From Candidatus Poribacteria bacterium (GTDB lineage: Bacteria > Poribacteria > WGA-4E > PCPOR2b), in NCBI GenBank assembly GCA_965116925.1, contig OZ220744.1, positions 5,536,001 through 5,600,000 of the forward strand: DNA of 64,000 bases. The letters are read 5' to 3'. Of the stretch, positions 40,160 to 50,096 are shown piece after piece. The notes beneath the pieces are model-generated. The model did no database searches, was not told the origin of the DNA, and saw only the letters and a list, made by a program, of their open reading frames with translations. Positions within the stretch are counted from its first letter, which is position 1. Each line of letters opens with the position of its first letter. The position numbers and the translations under genes were made by a program.

Positions 40160-41182
40160 TCACATTTTGATGTCCACCGGTTCACCGTTCTGGTTGCGTG
40201 ATTGCTGCGCTGCTTGTAGGACTCGCACAACGCGAAGCCCATCTCTCCCATCGCTTCTGGGTTTGCGATGATCTGTGATACAATCGAGAAAGTGTTGGCA
40301 TTCCAACTTGAGCGGCTCGGTCATTTTGATGTACGGTATTGTGACATCACCGAACCGCGGGCTTAAGGCTTCACCGTAGGAGGTGTAGCCTGCGCTGTGA
40401 TTGACCCCTTTGTTGTAAATTTTCACCATTTCTGTCGTTTCCATATCATCAAAAACGACCATTTTTTCGCTGCCGACAATTGTTGTTAGGCGCAGCTTAT
40501 GAGGGTCTAGCCAACTCAGTTGGATATGCGCCATTATCCCACCGGGAAATTGAAGGTTGACAAAGACCACATCGTCAATCCCCTCTTGCAGATAGGATGC
40601 TCCACGGGCGGATACGTTCTCCGGCTCGGCATCAAGCAGGTACATGGCGACGGAGAAATCGTGAGGGGCGAGGCTCCACATCGCATTTTCGTCGTGTCGG
40701 ATTCTTCCCAAGTTGACCCGTTGTGCATAGAGATAGTGGATCCCCCCAAGTTCTCCCGACTGGATGAGATCTTTTAATTTTTCAATCGCCGGATGGTATT
40801 CCATCAGGTGCCCGACCATCAGGATTCGATCCGTATCTTCAGACAATTCGACCAATTCGACAGCCTGTTGTACCCTTAGTGTTAGCGGCTTTTCAATGAA
40901 GATATGTTTGCCGTGCTGAAGGGCTTTCAGGGCAAAAGTGTAATGTGTGCGCGCTGGCGTTGCGATGACTATTGCGTCGAGATCGGGGTCGTTCAGCAGG
41001 ACATCATAGTTATCAGTGACCATGAGATTCGGATATTGCTCTTTGGCACTAGCGAGACGGTTTGAATCTAGGTCACAGCAGATTTTGACGCAACAATCGG
41101 GTAGTTGATCAAAGTTCCGCAGTAGATTTGGTCCCCAATACCCTAATCCAACCATTCCGAGGGTTATCTTGGATGTTTTCAT
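40160..41182 (-). CDS. Gfo/Idh/MocA oxidoreductase (WbpB-like sugar dehydrogenase)
   Basis: GLGYWGPNL, IEKP, LAPHD, SWLDPHK; upstream of the WbpD-like gene. Confidence 0.88.
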   Translation of the reverse strand: MKTSKITLGMVGLGYWGPNLLRNFDQLPDCCVKICCDLDSNRLASAKEQYPNLMVTDNYDVLLNDPDLDAIVIATPARTHYTFALKALQHGKHIFIEKPLTLRVQQAVELVELSEDTDRILMVGHLMEYHPAIEKLKDLIQSGELGGIHYLYAQRVNLGRIRHDENAMWSLAPHDFSVAMYLLDAEPENVSARGASYLQEGIDDVVFVNLQFPGGIMAHIQLSWLDPHKLRLTTIVGSEKMVVFDDMETTEMVKIYNKGVNHSAGYTSYGEALSPRFGDVTIPYIKMTEPLKLECQHFLDCITDHRKPRSDGRDGLRVVRVLQAAQQSRNQNGEPVDIKM

Positions 41183-41333
41183 ACTGTTATCTCAACCCGC
41201 GCTTTGTAGTGGGATGTTGGGTTTCACTCAATTTATCTATAAGCGGGTGTTGTTAAAAAGCATAGGTTCTTTTGTCGTTGATAGGGATTCACCTTTACCG
41301 TTCAATCCAACCTACCTACTGTTAAATATCCAC

Positions 41334-42284
41334 TTAGTATCCCTTTTGTTTATCCACAACATTTTCTAATGGCTCGCCCTTGATGTAGCGATGTAAGTTG
41401 TCAACAAACAGTTGCATGGCACGTGCACGGATGTGCTGAGATGCGCCTGCACTATGACCGGTTAAGATTACGTTAGGTTCTGTCCATAGTGGACTATCCG
41501 GGGGACACGGCTCCGTGTAAGTTACATCCAACCCTGCTGCTGCCAATTTGCCACTGCGAAGTGCAGCGATTAAGGCATCTTCATCGATAATTCTCCCTCG
41601 ACTGACGTTGATGAGGTAGCTACCATCAGGCAATAGATTAAACTGTTCATGCGATAGGAGTTGATGCGTTTCGGGGGTGCTTGGGCAGCAAACCATCACC
41701 ACGTTGGATTGTGCCATCAACTCCGGCAGCCAATCTAACTTCCCAAGTTGAGTCACCGTATCCGGTTTCTCCATAGATTCTGGATCAACGGCAATCACAT
41801 TAAACTCGAATGCCTTTGCCCGCGCGGCGACTGCGCGCCCGATGCCACCAAGTCCTAGAATCCCCATTGTCATCCCCGCCAATTCGATACACGGCACACG
41901 TTCCCAATGCTTGCGTTTCATAAACTCTAGTTGCGCCGGGATGCTGCGGGTAAGAGAAAGCAGGAGGGCAAAGGCGTGTTCAGAAATCTGTCGCCCGTAC
42001 AATCTTCGACAATTCGTCAACACCACGTTGCTTGCTTTGAAAGCGGGGTACATGAAACCTTCAACACCTGCATGTGGCTGATGCACCCATCGTAATGATC
42101 CGGCTTTTGGGAAGTCCGCCTCACCTATTGAGCCATAGATAATCTCGATTCCGGAGAGATGGTCACTAAGTTGTTCCCCCGGTGGCAGAAGGTGTATTTC
42201 GACATTTGGCGGGGCATCGTCGAGTATGGCTTCAACTTCCGGGGTTTGACGGCTTGCAATGAGAATTTTTGGGGTAGGCATCAT
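41334..42284 (-). CDS. D-2-hydroxyacid dehydrogenase family protein
   Basis: GLGGIG, INVSRG, AGLDV...EP, TGHSAG; start moved to MMPTPK. Confidence 0.9.
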   Translation of the reverse strand: MMPTPKILIASRQTPEVEAILDDAPPNVEIHLLPPGEQLSDHLSGIEIIYGSIGEADFPKAGSLRWVHQPHAGVEGFMYPAFKASNVVLTNCRRLYGRQISEHAFALLLSLTRSIPAQLEFMKRKHWERVPCIELAGMTMGILGLGGIGRAVAARAKAFEFNVIAVDPESMEKPDTVTQLGKLDWLPELMAQSNVVMVCCPSTPETHQLLSHEQFNLLPDGSYLINVSRGRIIDEDALIAALRSGKLAAAGLDVTYTEPCPPDSPLWTEPNVILTGHSAGASQHIRARAMQLFVDNLHRYIKGEPLENVVDKQKGY

Positions 42285-42514
42285 AATTCCTTTCATGAGT
42301 TGTGTGGGACATGTTGGAAAACATTTAACATGGGTTGTATAAAGATTCGTGGGGATTGGGTGAACCAGTATTCCCAACATTTTTTGCCAAAGTAATTCAA
42401 GTTGGGTTCATGTTAAGAAAGCGTGTAACAGAAACTAAGTTTTGGGCACGGGCGGGGCAAGATGCCCCGCCTACGGTTTCTTTCGGTATTTTGCCCTTTC
42501 TTTTTACATGAGCC

Positions 42515-43204
42515 TCAAGTTTTGTAGACTGTTGGATCTTCAACGCCCGCTTCTTCAAAGCCCTTTATTCGTAACAGACAGCTATCACACGCACCACACG
42601 CTCTACCTTGTGGATCGGGGTCGTAACAGCTGAGGGTGAGTCCGTAGTCAACGCCGAGTTCCGCACCTTTTTGTATAATCTGCGCTTTAGTCATTGAGAT
42701 TAGGGGGGTTTCGATCTTTAGCTTCGCTGTACCTTCAACTCCAGCCTTAGTCGCCAGATTTCCCATCTGCTGATATGCTTCAATATATTCTGGTCTACAG
42801 TCGGGATAGCCGCTATAATCAAGAGCGTTGACACCGATGAAAATTGTGTCGATTTCTAACGTCTCCGCCCAAGCGAGTGCAAAAGATAGGAATATCGTAT
42901 TTCGTGCAGGAACGTAGGTGATTGGGATGCCGGTCCCAATTTCCTGATCTGACCGCTCTTTGGGAACATCAATATCATCCGTCAGTGCAGAACCGCCAAA
43001 TGCACGCAGATCTATATCGACGATGACATGCTTTTTTGCCCCCATTTTCTCCGAGATCTGCTTTGCGCTGTCGAGTTCCAAAATGTGTCGTTGGCCGTAC
43101 CGGAAACTTATGGTGTATACATCGTATCCTTGGGATTGTGCAATTGCGAGGATTGTCGTGGAATCAACACCCCCGCTTAAAAGCACGACCGCTTTTTTTG
43201 CCAA
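42515..43204 (-). CDS. queC: 7-cyano-7-deazaguanine synthase
   Basis: LSGGVDS, YGQRH, TYVPARN, GYPDCR, SCY...CGACDSC. Confidence 0.97.
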   Translation of the reverse strand: MAKKAVVLLSGGVDSTTILAIAQSQGYDVYTISFRYGQRHILELDSAKQISEKMGAKKHVIVDIDLRAFGGSALTDDIDVPKERSDQEIGTGIPITYVPARNTIFLSFALAWAETLEIDTIFIGVNALDYSGYPDCRPEYIEAYQQMGNLATKAGVEGTAKLKIETPLISMTKAQIIQKGAELGVDYGLTLSCYDPDPQGRACGACDSCLLRIKGFEEAGVEDPTVYKT

Positions 43205-43289
43205 TCTGAATTCCTCCTTTGTTTATTTGTAATAATGTAAGATTTGACCCACCGATGATTGGAGTTGTCAGCGTTGATTCGGGCATTTG

Positions 43290-43318
43290 ATTATAGCCAA
43301 ACATCAGAAAATTCTCAA
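43290..43318 (-). promoter_or_regulatory. Putative sigma70 promoter of queC
   Basis: Minus-strand TTGAGA-N17-TATAAT. Confidence 0.6.
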
Positions 43319-43347
43319 GCGAAAATGACCTGACTTTCACCGCTCAG

Positions 43348-44334
43348 TTAATCACGCTTCTTATGTTTTAGATTTTCGGCGGCGTTGAACACCTGCTCAA
43401 CTGTTACTGCTTCTATGACCGCACAATTCCCCTTTCTACATCCGCCGGGACGCTTACCGGGGTGGCATGGGTTGCAACCGAGCTCAACACCACTCTGGAC
43501 GACGATGTGTTCCTCGCCATAGGGACCACTGCGATGGTGGTTTGTTGATCCAAAAATAGCGATGACAGGGGTCCCGACAGCAACGGCAATGTGCATTGGT
43601 CCCGTATCATTGCCGATATAGAAATCGCAGGCTGCGATAAGTCCAGCGATTTGACACAAATCGTCTGCTTTTACGCAGATTGGTTGTTGGCACATTAGAT
43701 CGGCAACTCGCGCTTGTAGCTGCCTCTCGTTGGGTCCAGCAAATAACAGAACCTGCACGTTCCATTTTTCACACAGCCGGTCTGCAATTTGTGCAAAGCT
43801 CTCCGGTCCCCATAGCTTATAAACCCAATTTCCGCCGGGGTGAATCCCAATTAGCACCTGATGTCGATTAACTCCATTTTCAGTTAAAAATGCGTCGCGT
43901 TTTGTGAGCCTTGAAGCGGTGAATTGTAGTTGTGGTCGTGCGCCATCGACATCGAGGCCGTGTCGCTGGAGCACATCAAGGTATCGTGTGACAGCGTGGA
44001 TATTTCCTCTCCTGAGCCGCATGTTCCAATGTTTTCCACCAACGAATCGGGACCATACGCTATCTCGGAGATCGACAACCAGATCGAACCTCTCACGGCG
44101 CAAAAATTGAATGAGGCGGATTTTTCCGCGCCAGCCAGCGTGCTCGCCTAGATTGTCGTACACAAGGACCTGATCTATTTGTGGGTCGGCAGCCAACAGA
44201 TCGAAGGCATGGCCGCCAACAAGGAAGGTAATCTTTGCATCGGGAAAATGTTGGCGTAACGGACTGATGACCGCTGTCGAAAGAACAGCGTCACCGATGA
44301 AACTGAAGCTGAATACCAGAATCTTTTCGATCAT
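43348..44334 (-). CDS. Glycosyltransferase family 9 (heptosyltransferase-like)
   Basis: IGDAVL, HPGG...KLW, GNDTGPMHIA, IFGST. Confidence 0.9.
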   Translation of the reverse strand: MIEKILVFSFSFIGDAVLSTAVISPLRQHFPDAKITFLVGGHAFDLLAADPQIDQVLVYDNLGEHAGWRGKIRLIQFLRRERFDLVVDLRDSVWSRFVGGKHWNMRLRRGNIHAVTRYLDVLQRHGLDVDGARPQLQFTASRLTKRDAFLTENGVNRHQVLIGIHPGGNWVYKLWGPESFAQIADRLCEKWNVQVLLFAGPNERQLQARVADLMCQQPICVKADDLCQIAGLIAACDFYIGNDTGPMHIAVAVGTPVIAIFGSTNHHRSGPYGEEHIVVQSGVELGCNPCHPGKRPGGCRKGNCAVIEAVTVEQVFNAAENLKHKKRD

Positions 44335-44406
44335 GATGTGTAGTGGTAGTTCAGAAGTTCATTTAATGGGCCAATATACTAATGCACTCATGAACAAATT
44401 ATCACT

Positions 44407-44631
44407 TATAGTGGATCTTAGAATTAATGAGACACTTCAAATCGGCGCAGTTGGATGAAAATTAAAAAAATGATTCGGTAATTTCTAGCGACGCCGGCGC
44501 GGTTGAAAACCGCGCCTACCGTATGTTTGGAGGAAAATAGGGATTACCGATTTAAATACTTAAACTTCATGAAACAGCGCCTACCAAACATGGGAGGCGA
44601 CAGTGTCTATTTATGTTTAGAATTCACCATA
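44407..44631. mobile_element. Nested MITE, family M1
   Basis: About 225 bp, highly similar to 47150-47369; imperfect terminal inverted repeats beginning and ending in TA; nested inner inverted repeats and a REP hairpin. Confidence 0.8.
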
Positions 44632-46100
44632 GTTACCGCATAAAACTGAATTTGGCTCCCCTTTTGACTGCGTAGGCAGACGATTAGTTCGGGTAGATCA
44701 TCATTGTCAGCGTCGGCAATTTTCATGTCCATAATTTGCCCATTGAGTAACGGGCTTCTCCACGCCTCTACATACAAATCTCCCTTTTGTTCAAGGATGA
44801 TAAATTGATCTGAAAAATCAAGGGTACTCGGCAGGTTTTTCACTGTCCCAACAATCTCCGGAGCACTATCCCCGTTCAGGTCCCCAATCACAACTCCCTC
44901 ACCAAAGATTGGTGGTGTCTGCCATGAGAGCTGCGTCGTGTTGTTGTCAATGTGATAGATTTGCAGATGTCCCTCCAAATCGACAAGGGCAACTTCGCTT
45001 GTGGAGCGATCTATCGCCCCTACGTGTGTGGCAATTGAATGGTAATCAACGGGCAACGGGCAGGGATGTTTCAGATGAATTTTTCCCATACGCCACACCC
45101 AACAGCTCGTCGATTGTCCGCGATAGGTCAGTTGATTGGCATCAGTTTTCCCAAAGATTAGCCGCTCCCCACCTTGGGCAAGTAATACCGAATCCTCTGC
45201 GAAAGTTGTTACCTTTGTGTCCTCTTCCCATTCGATTCGCTGTGTTAGGTTTGGCGTGATGCCGATATAAATCTCATCCCGATCATTCCCATCTCGGTCT
45301 GCGGCAAGCATTATCCGTTGGGGTCGCGCCAAAACCGGGGTCTCATCGGTGCCGTATTGTGCGTCTGACAGGTCAGGGTGTTCCCAAAGATCTACTCTGG
45401 TCCATTGCAATACTTTCACATACTTTTCGTCCGCGACCAACACTTCATTAAAACCATCTCCGTCCGGATCTGAGACCTCGATTGCGAGTGCAAAATAGTC
45501 CGCCTCCGGTAAACTTTGCCATTTGAGGAAGTAGGGTTGAAAGTTCGCGTCAGGTGCTGCCCTATAGAGTCCCGCCAATGCAGCAACAGGGGATAGTTGA
45601 CGATTGGCAACATATCGGAGATATCCTGTCTTCACATCCCATAAAAAAAGATTGAGGTTGACGACTAGATCAAGTCTTGCGATGTGCCCCGTGATTAGCC
45701 ATCGACATGCCAAGGATTTGCCATACTGCTTCACCTGCTCAGGAGTCAACAGACTGCCATCTGTGGGGTATTGACGCCAATCTAGACGTTCTGAGCCGAT
45801 AAGAGCCTCGCCGATTGCCCCTGCCAACTGAGAGGCAAGTAGACTTGTCAAAACACGACTCACCGTTTTTAGATCTGGTTCTGTTGTGTTTAGGGGAATC
45901 AACGCGGTTCCAGCTTCGCTGGAATCCTGCGGTAGTTCCGCAATCACCTCACCTGCAATACCTGCTATTGCACGATTCAGATCCCGCTCTGGCGCAGCAA
46001 AGGCTACAATCACACAGTACCAAAAGAGGATAAAAACGGTGAGGGGCAGACAAGCTTTGATCTTAAAGGAATCCTGAGTTACTGTAGTATTTTGCGTCAT
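44607..46100 (-). CDS. Secreted protein with FG-GAP/VCBS-like repeats
   Basis: Signal/TM; repeated DxDGDG..E motifs (DPDGDGFNE, DRDGNDRDE, GDLNGDSAPE, DADNDDLPE). Confidence 0.75.
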   Translation of the reverse strand: MTQNTTVTQDSFKIKACLPLTVFILFWYCVIVAFAAPERDLNRAIAGIAGEVIAELPQDSSEAGTALIPLNTTEPDLKTVSRVLTSLLASQLAGAIGEALIGSERLDWRQYPTDGSLLTPEQVKQYGKSLACRWLITGHIARLDLVVNLNLFLWDVKTGYLRYVANRQLSPVAALAGLYRAAPDANFQPYFLKWQSLPEADYFALAIEVSDPDGDGFNEVLVADEKYVKVLQWTRVDLWEHPDLSDAQYGTDETPVLARPQRIMLAADRDGNDRDEIYIGITPNLTQRIEWEEDTKVTTFAEDSVLLAQGGERLIFGKTDANQLTYRGQSTSCWVWRMGKIHLKHPCPLPVDYHSIATHVGAIDRSTSEVALVDLEGHLQIYHIDNNTTQLSWQTPPIFGEGVVIGDLNGDSAPEIVGTVKNLPSTLDFSDQFIILEQKGDLYVEAWRSPLLNGQIMDMKIADADNDDLPELIVCLRSQKGSQIQFYAVTMVNSKHK

Positions 46101-46313
46101 TCGTCACTCCTTATCGGCACGCGTCGTGTTTCGGTTATAGGGCTACTTAGTTTGCGTCTCCCTATCTGAGCGATGCGTCAGGATTTGGGGATCTCTCCTA
46201 CAAGAGAACTAAATCTCCCTATTTCAGTTAAAGTTTATCTTGACAAAACAATCCCATGTGTGGAATTATAAGGTGTTATCATACTTACTGTCAATCGTAC
46301 ACCGTTAAACCAG

Positions 46314-47147
46314 ATGCAAATTCCAGACTACTACCGCACATTAGAAATAGATCGCCGCGCAACAGCAGAGGACATTAAACAGGCTTACCGTAAGCAGGTG
46401 AAGCGGCACCACCCGGATAAAAATCCGGGGCAGGAGAAGTATGCCGAGCGAATGTTTCGCCGGATCTGTATCGCCTATGAAATTCTTAGCGATCCCCAGC
46501 GGAAGTTAAAGTATGATCTCACGCTTAAGTCAGTCGATGTAGAGCACGCGTGGCACCTCCGTCCTTTTGAAAATCTCCGGAAATCAAACCAAACTCGACA
46601 CAAGTATCAACTCATGTTTCAGGAACTGCTGAACGAGAACATTGAAGCGGGTATCGAAATTTACGAGCAGTTGCAGTGTGAGAAGAGAAAGGGCTGTATT
46701 GACGACTTTTTGGGCTATGCAGACAGCCGTGACTGCGAATTCCTCATCGCAGAAGCCTACCAGACGCTTGGGGATTATCGAACGGCGATGGAAATTTATG
46801 AGTCTTTAATTGAGTCCGAAAAGCGGCGTCCCTGTTTCCACCACTTCATTGATGAAATCAAGGAACGATTGAAACGGGTCTATTTCCGTGTCCTGACGAA
46901 CCCTCAAAACCTTGAAGATATCCCAACGGATTTAGAAAAGATTCGCGCTTTGAACCTATCGAAACGTGAAACGGCATGGATTTATAAAAGATTATCGGAG
47001 TGCTACATTGATATTAACCAGATTAACCAAGCGAAAGAGATGTTGAATATGGCATTTGAACTCCACCCGGGCATGGCGGGTGCAAAAAAGATTTGTCAAC
47101 AGCTAGGCATGGAACACTTACTGTTACAAAATGGCAAACGATGGTAA
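46314..47147 (+). CDS. DnaJ-domain protein with TPR-like C-terminus
   Basis: DYYRTL...HPDKN...AYEILSDP J-domain; helical TPR-like repeats. Confidence 0.88.
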   Translation: MQIPDYYRTLEIDRRATAEDIKQAYRKQVKRHHPDKNPGQEKYAERMFRRICIAYEILSDPQRKLKYDLTLKSVDVEHAWHLRPFENLRKSNQTRHKYQLMFQELLNENIEAGIEIYEQLQCEKRKGCIDDFLGYADSRDCEFLIAEAYQTLGDYRTAMEIYESLIESEKRRPCFHHFIDEIKERLKRVYFRVLTNPQNLEDIPTDLEKIRALNLSKRETAWIYKRLSECYIDINQINQAKEMLNMAFELHPGMAGAKKICQQLGMEHLLLQNGKRW

Positions 47148-47149
47148 TC

Positions 47150-47369
47150 TATAGTAGATTCTAGAATTAATGAGACACTCCAAACCGGGGCGGTTTGATG
47201 AAAATTAAAAAAACAGTTCGGTAATTTGCTAGCGACGCCGGCGCGGTTTCCAACCGCGCCTACCGTATGTTTGGAGGAAAATAGGGATTACCGATTTAAA
47301 TACTTAAACTTCATGTAACCGCACCTACCGGGGGGCGCAAGTGTTTCTTTATTTTTTGAATTCACTATA
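47150..47369. mobile_element. Nested MITE, family M1
   Basis: Direct-orientation copy of 44407-44631. Confidence 0.8.
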
Positions 47370-47670
47370 ATTCAAATAATCACTCCGATGAATTATCTTA
47401 TTTTAGGTTACAGATAGTATAATATCATAACCCCCCGTGTTTTTCTATTGATAATGCATCCAGTCTAGGGGCATTTAATTCTCCCCTATTATTTTTTGAA
47501 TCACGGATAAACACGGATTGAGGGATTACACGGATAAAAGGCGATCTCAATACCTACCATAAGAACGCGCAATGGATTGCGCTACTGCAAACAGCGGGGC
47601 AGGTCTGATCCCGTTCCATTCATACCGTTCAGGTTCAATATCAAAGCATCTAAATGCCTAGGTTTCTGCC

Positions 47671-48897
47671 ATGCTCCAACAAATCAATCCAACCCTAAAA
47701 GTCAGAGGAAATTTGGTTGTCGGACAATCCGGGAATCCATCGGCAGTATTCAACGCTTGCCTCTATGGCGCGATCCAAGAGGCAAAGCAACACCCTGAAA
47801 TCCAAAATATCTACGGTATGGTAGATGGCATTGGGGGACTGTTGAAAGGCGACCTGATTGATCTGGGACGGCAGAACCCGACGATCCTTGAAGGACTGAA
47901 AAACGTTCCATCTGCCGCACTCCCCTCCAACCACGATGCCCTTGTGGACGAGGATTATGATCGCGCTCTGGAAATCTGCAAAAAATATAAGATCCGCTAT
48001 GTCATTTATATGGGCGATAAGGGGGCAATGTCCACCGCCGAGCAACTTGCGGAATTCGCTGAGGTTGAAAGCTACCCGCTCTGTTGCATAGGAGTTCCGC
48101 ACTCCGTGGAGAACACGCTTGGCTTCACAGATCACTGTTTCGGTTACGGCACCGCCGCACGAGCAAACGCTATCGTCGTGCGAAATGTTGGACGTGATAT
48201 TGAGGCAATGGGTGTCACGGCAGGCGTAAAAATTATTGAGACGATGGGAAGTAATTCCGGTTGGCTCGCCGCAGCAACTGTCTTGGCAAAAGATTCCGAT
48301 GATAGCCCACCACACCTGATTTATCTCCCGGAAAGTGGGCTGGATCCGGCGCAATTCCTCGCCGATGTAGAGGGAGTGTGTCGGCGGTTAGGCTATTGTC
48401 TAATTGTCGTCAGTGAGGGGTTGAAAGGGGTGGACGAATGCACACTTCCGCCGGGCAAGCGTATAGGGGAATATCTGTGTGAACTCCTCGCAGATCGACT
48501 CCAGCTGAAGGCAAGTTGGGATAAACTTGAGGATCTCTCTCGATTCGGAATGCAGTCCGCTTCAGTCGTCGATTCTGGGGAGGCGGTAATGGCGGGGCAA
48601 GCGGCTGTCCGCCGCGCTGTTGATGGAATGAACGGCTTCATGATTACTATTGCTCGACACTTAGACCCGAACAAGCCTTATAGCTCTTTAATCGGTATGG
48701 TGCGGCTCAGACTGGGGGCGAGGTCTGAAAAAAGGGTGCCAGCGACGTTCATAAACGAGGCGGATAACTTTGTCACGGAGGCGTTTGAGAAGTACGCAAC
48801 CCCATTGATTGGCGGAAAGCTGCCTGCTACTTTAGAGTCAGATCCTATCGGGGAGGATGTACAGTTGGAGCCAATGCCTGTCAGCGTCCCCGACTGA
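47671..48897 (+). CDS. Phosphofructokinase (PfkA/Pfp) family homologue with degenerate active site
   Basis: Aligns by eye to PPi-PFK (GQSG.P.AV.NA, TDHCFGYGTAA, PHLIYLPE, VVSEG, Y..PLIGG), but the catalytic motifs are altered. Confidence 0.85.
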   Translation: MLQQINPTLKVRGNLVVGQSGNPSAVFNACLYGAIQEAKQHPEIQNIYGMVDGIGGLLKGDLIDLGRQNPTILEGLKNVPSAALPSNHDALVDEDYDRALEICKKYKIRYVIYMGDKGAMSTAEQLAEFAEVESYPLCCIGVPHSVENTLGFTDHCFGYGTAARANAIVVRNVGRDIEAMGVTAGVKIIETMGSNSGWLAAATVLAKDSDDSPPHLIYLPESGLDPAQFLADVEGVCRRLGYCLIVVSEGLKGVDECTLPPGKRIGEYLCELLADRLQLKASWDKLEDLSRFGMQSASVVDSGEAVMAGQAAVRRAVDGMNGFMITIARHLDPNKPYSSLIGMVRLRLGARSEKRVPATFINEADNFVTEAFEKYATPLIGGKLPATLESDPIGEDVQLEPMPVSVPD

Positions 48898-48924
48898 TAG
48901 TTCAGAAAAGAGTGGATTTTCATC

Positions 48925-49506
48925 ATGAGCATGTTTCGTGAACATTGGATTGGTGGATTGGTGGTCTACACTTCGTTTTTCGCGATTTCGCTTGCAGCAA
49001 CGCTAATCGGCATCTTCGCTTTTCGACTGCCAATCGACTGGAACCCAACAGTTCCCCTTGATCCCCTGAAAATCGCTGCTTGTTTCGCCATCGGTGTTCT
49101 TTCAGGGTTGTGGCCCGATGTGGACACCAAGAGCAAAAGTCAACAGATATTCTATCGACTCTTCCTTATCTCTAACGTTGTATTGATCTATAAGGGACAT
49201 TACGCCATATCCGCATTTTTTGGCTTATTTGCTATGCTTCCGCTCATCGGCAATCATCGAGGCTGGACACATTCCAAATTGACGATGCTGTTGTTACCCG
49301 CGGTTTTCCTGATTTTGCCGATGGCCTATTTCCAACGTGATCAGTTGGACCGAAATGAGTTGTTGGCATCGCAGAATCTGGTCTTGCTCAAAGGGTGGCT
49401 GCCCTTCTATACAGCCAGTTTAATCGGGTATGCAACGCATTTACATTTGGACGGTATTCTATTACGGTCCCGCAAGGCACAAAGGCGTCAGGCAAGGACT
49501 GGTTAA
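48925..49506 (+). CDS. Membrane-bound metal-dependent hydrolase (YdjM-like)
   Basis: H near the N-terminus, PDVD, HRGWTHS, HLHLD; several TM segments. Confidence 0.85.
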   Translation: MSMFREHWIGGLVVYTSFFAISLAATLIGIFAFRLPIDWNPTVPLDPLKIAACFAIGVLSGLWPDVDTKSKSQQIFYRLFLISNVVLIYKGHYAISAFFGLFAMLPLIGNHRGWTHSKLTMLLLPAVFLILPMAYFQRDQLDRNELLASQNLVLLKGWLPFYTASLIGYATHLHLDGILLRSRKAQRRQARTG

Positions 49507-49777
49507 AGCGATTCTTTTCTCTTTATTTTTAGGACTTACGCACTTCAGTTTTAAGAGTAGAGACGGACGCAGATCTCGCAGATAAAGGTCGCATGAGCGA
49601 GATTAAAAAGGTTACGTTTTGCCTGCGAAAATCAAATTTTCCCATTTTTCCCGCGCAAATGGGAAAATTGTCCCTATTTCAGGGTGAAACGTTTTGTCAT
49701 AGACCTTTAATCGTGTTACAAACAGTTACAAACAATTACATTTCATTGTCGTCTTATCGTTGGGATTCTTATTGTTG

Positions 49778-49943
49778 TAGGAGTTACGCACTTCAGTAGT
49801 GAACAACGATCATTGTTCACTACGAACTCCTTGATGGTGCGTCTACTGTAGTTGCCCGTTTCTTAACAGGCGTTGGAAGTTGTGTCCTACGGCGATGAAT
49901 CGCCGAGCTACAGGATTTTGAGCATTCAACTGCATAAGTCCTA
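49778..49943. mobile_element. MITE-like element, family M2
   Basis: TIR TAGGAGTTACGCA / TGCATAAGTCCTA; contains GTAG REP hairpins; an orphan left end lies at 49530-49548. Confidence 0.75.
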
Positions 49944-50096
49944 ATTTTATTACTATCATCGCTGATAGTGCCTGCATTAGAATCTTGCGATAGAAATTTC
50001 ATGTGGTTGCCACGATTATGTAACATTTCTTCAGTATACTTTTTTGTTTTTCAGGGATAAATAGTTTTCAATAGAATTGATACAGAAGGAGAAAAA

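Noticed and set aside
42515..43204. queC as part of a 7-deazaguanine DNA-modification or QatABCD defence system
   Set aside because: Canonical short QueC with no dpd/qat neighbours; most likely housekeeping queuosine synthesis.
43205..43290. preQ1 riboswitch upstream of queC
   Set aside because: No recognisable preQ1 stem-loop with a matching A-rich tail consensus.
46240..46272. sigma70 promoter for the DnaJ-TPR gene
   Set aside because: TTGACA is present, but the best -10 (TATAAG) is 21 nt away; not convincing.
47695..48354. 219-aa antisense ORF
   Set aside because: Opposite the PFK-family gene; no RBS or motif support.
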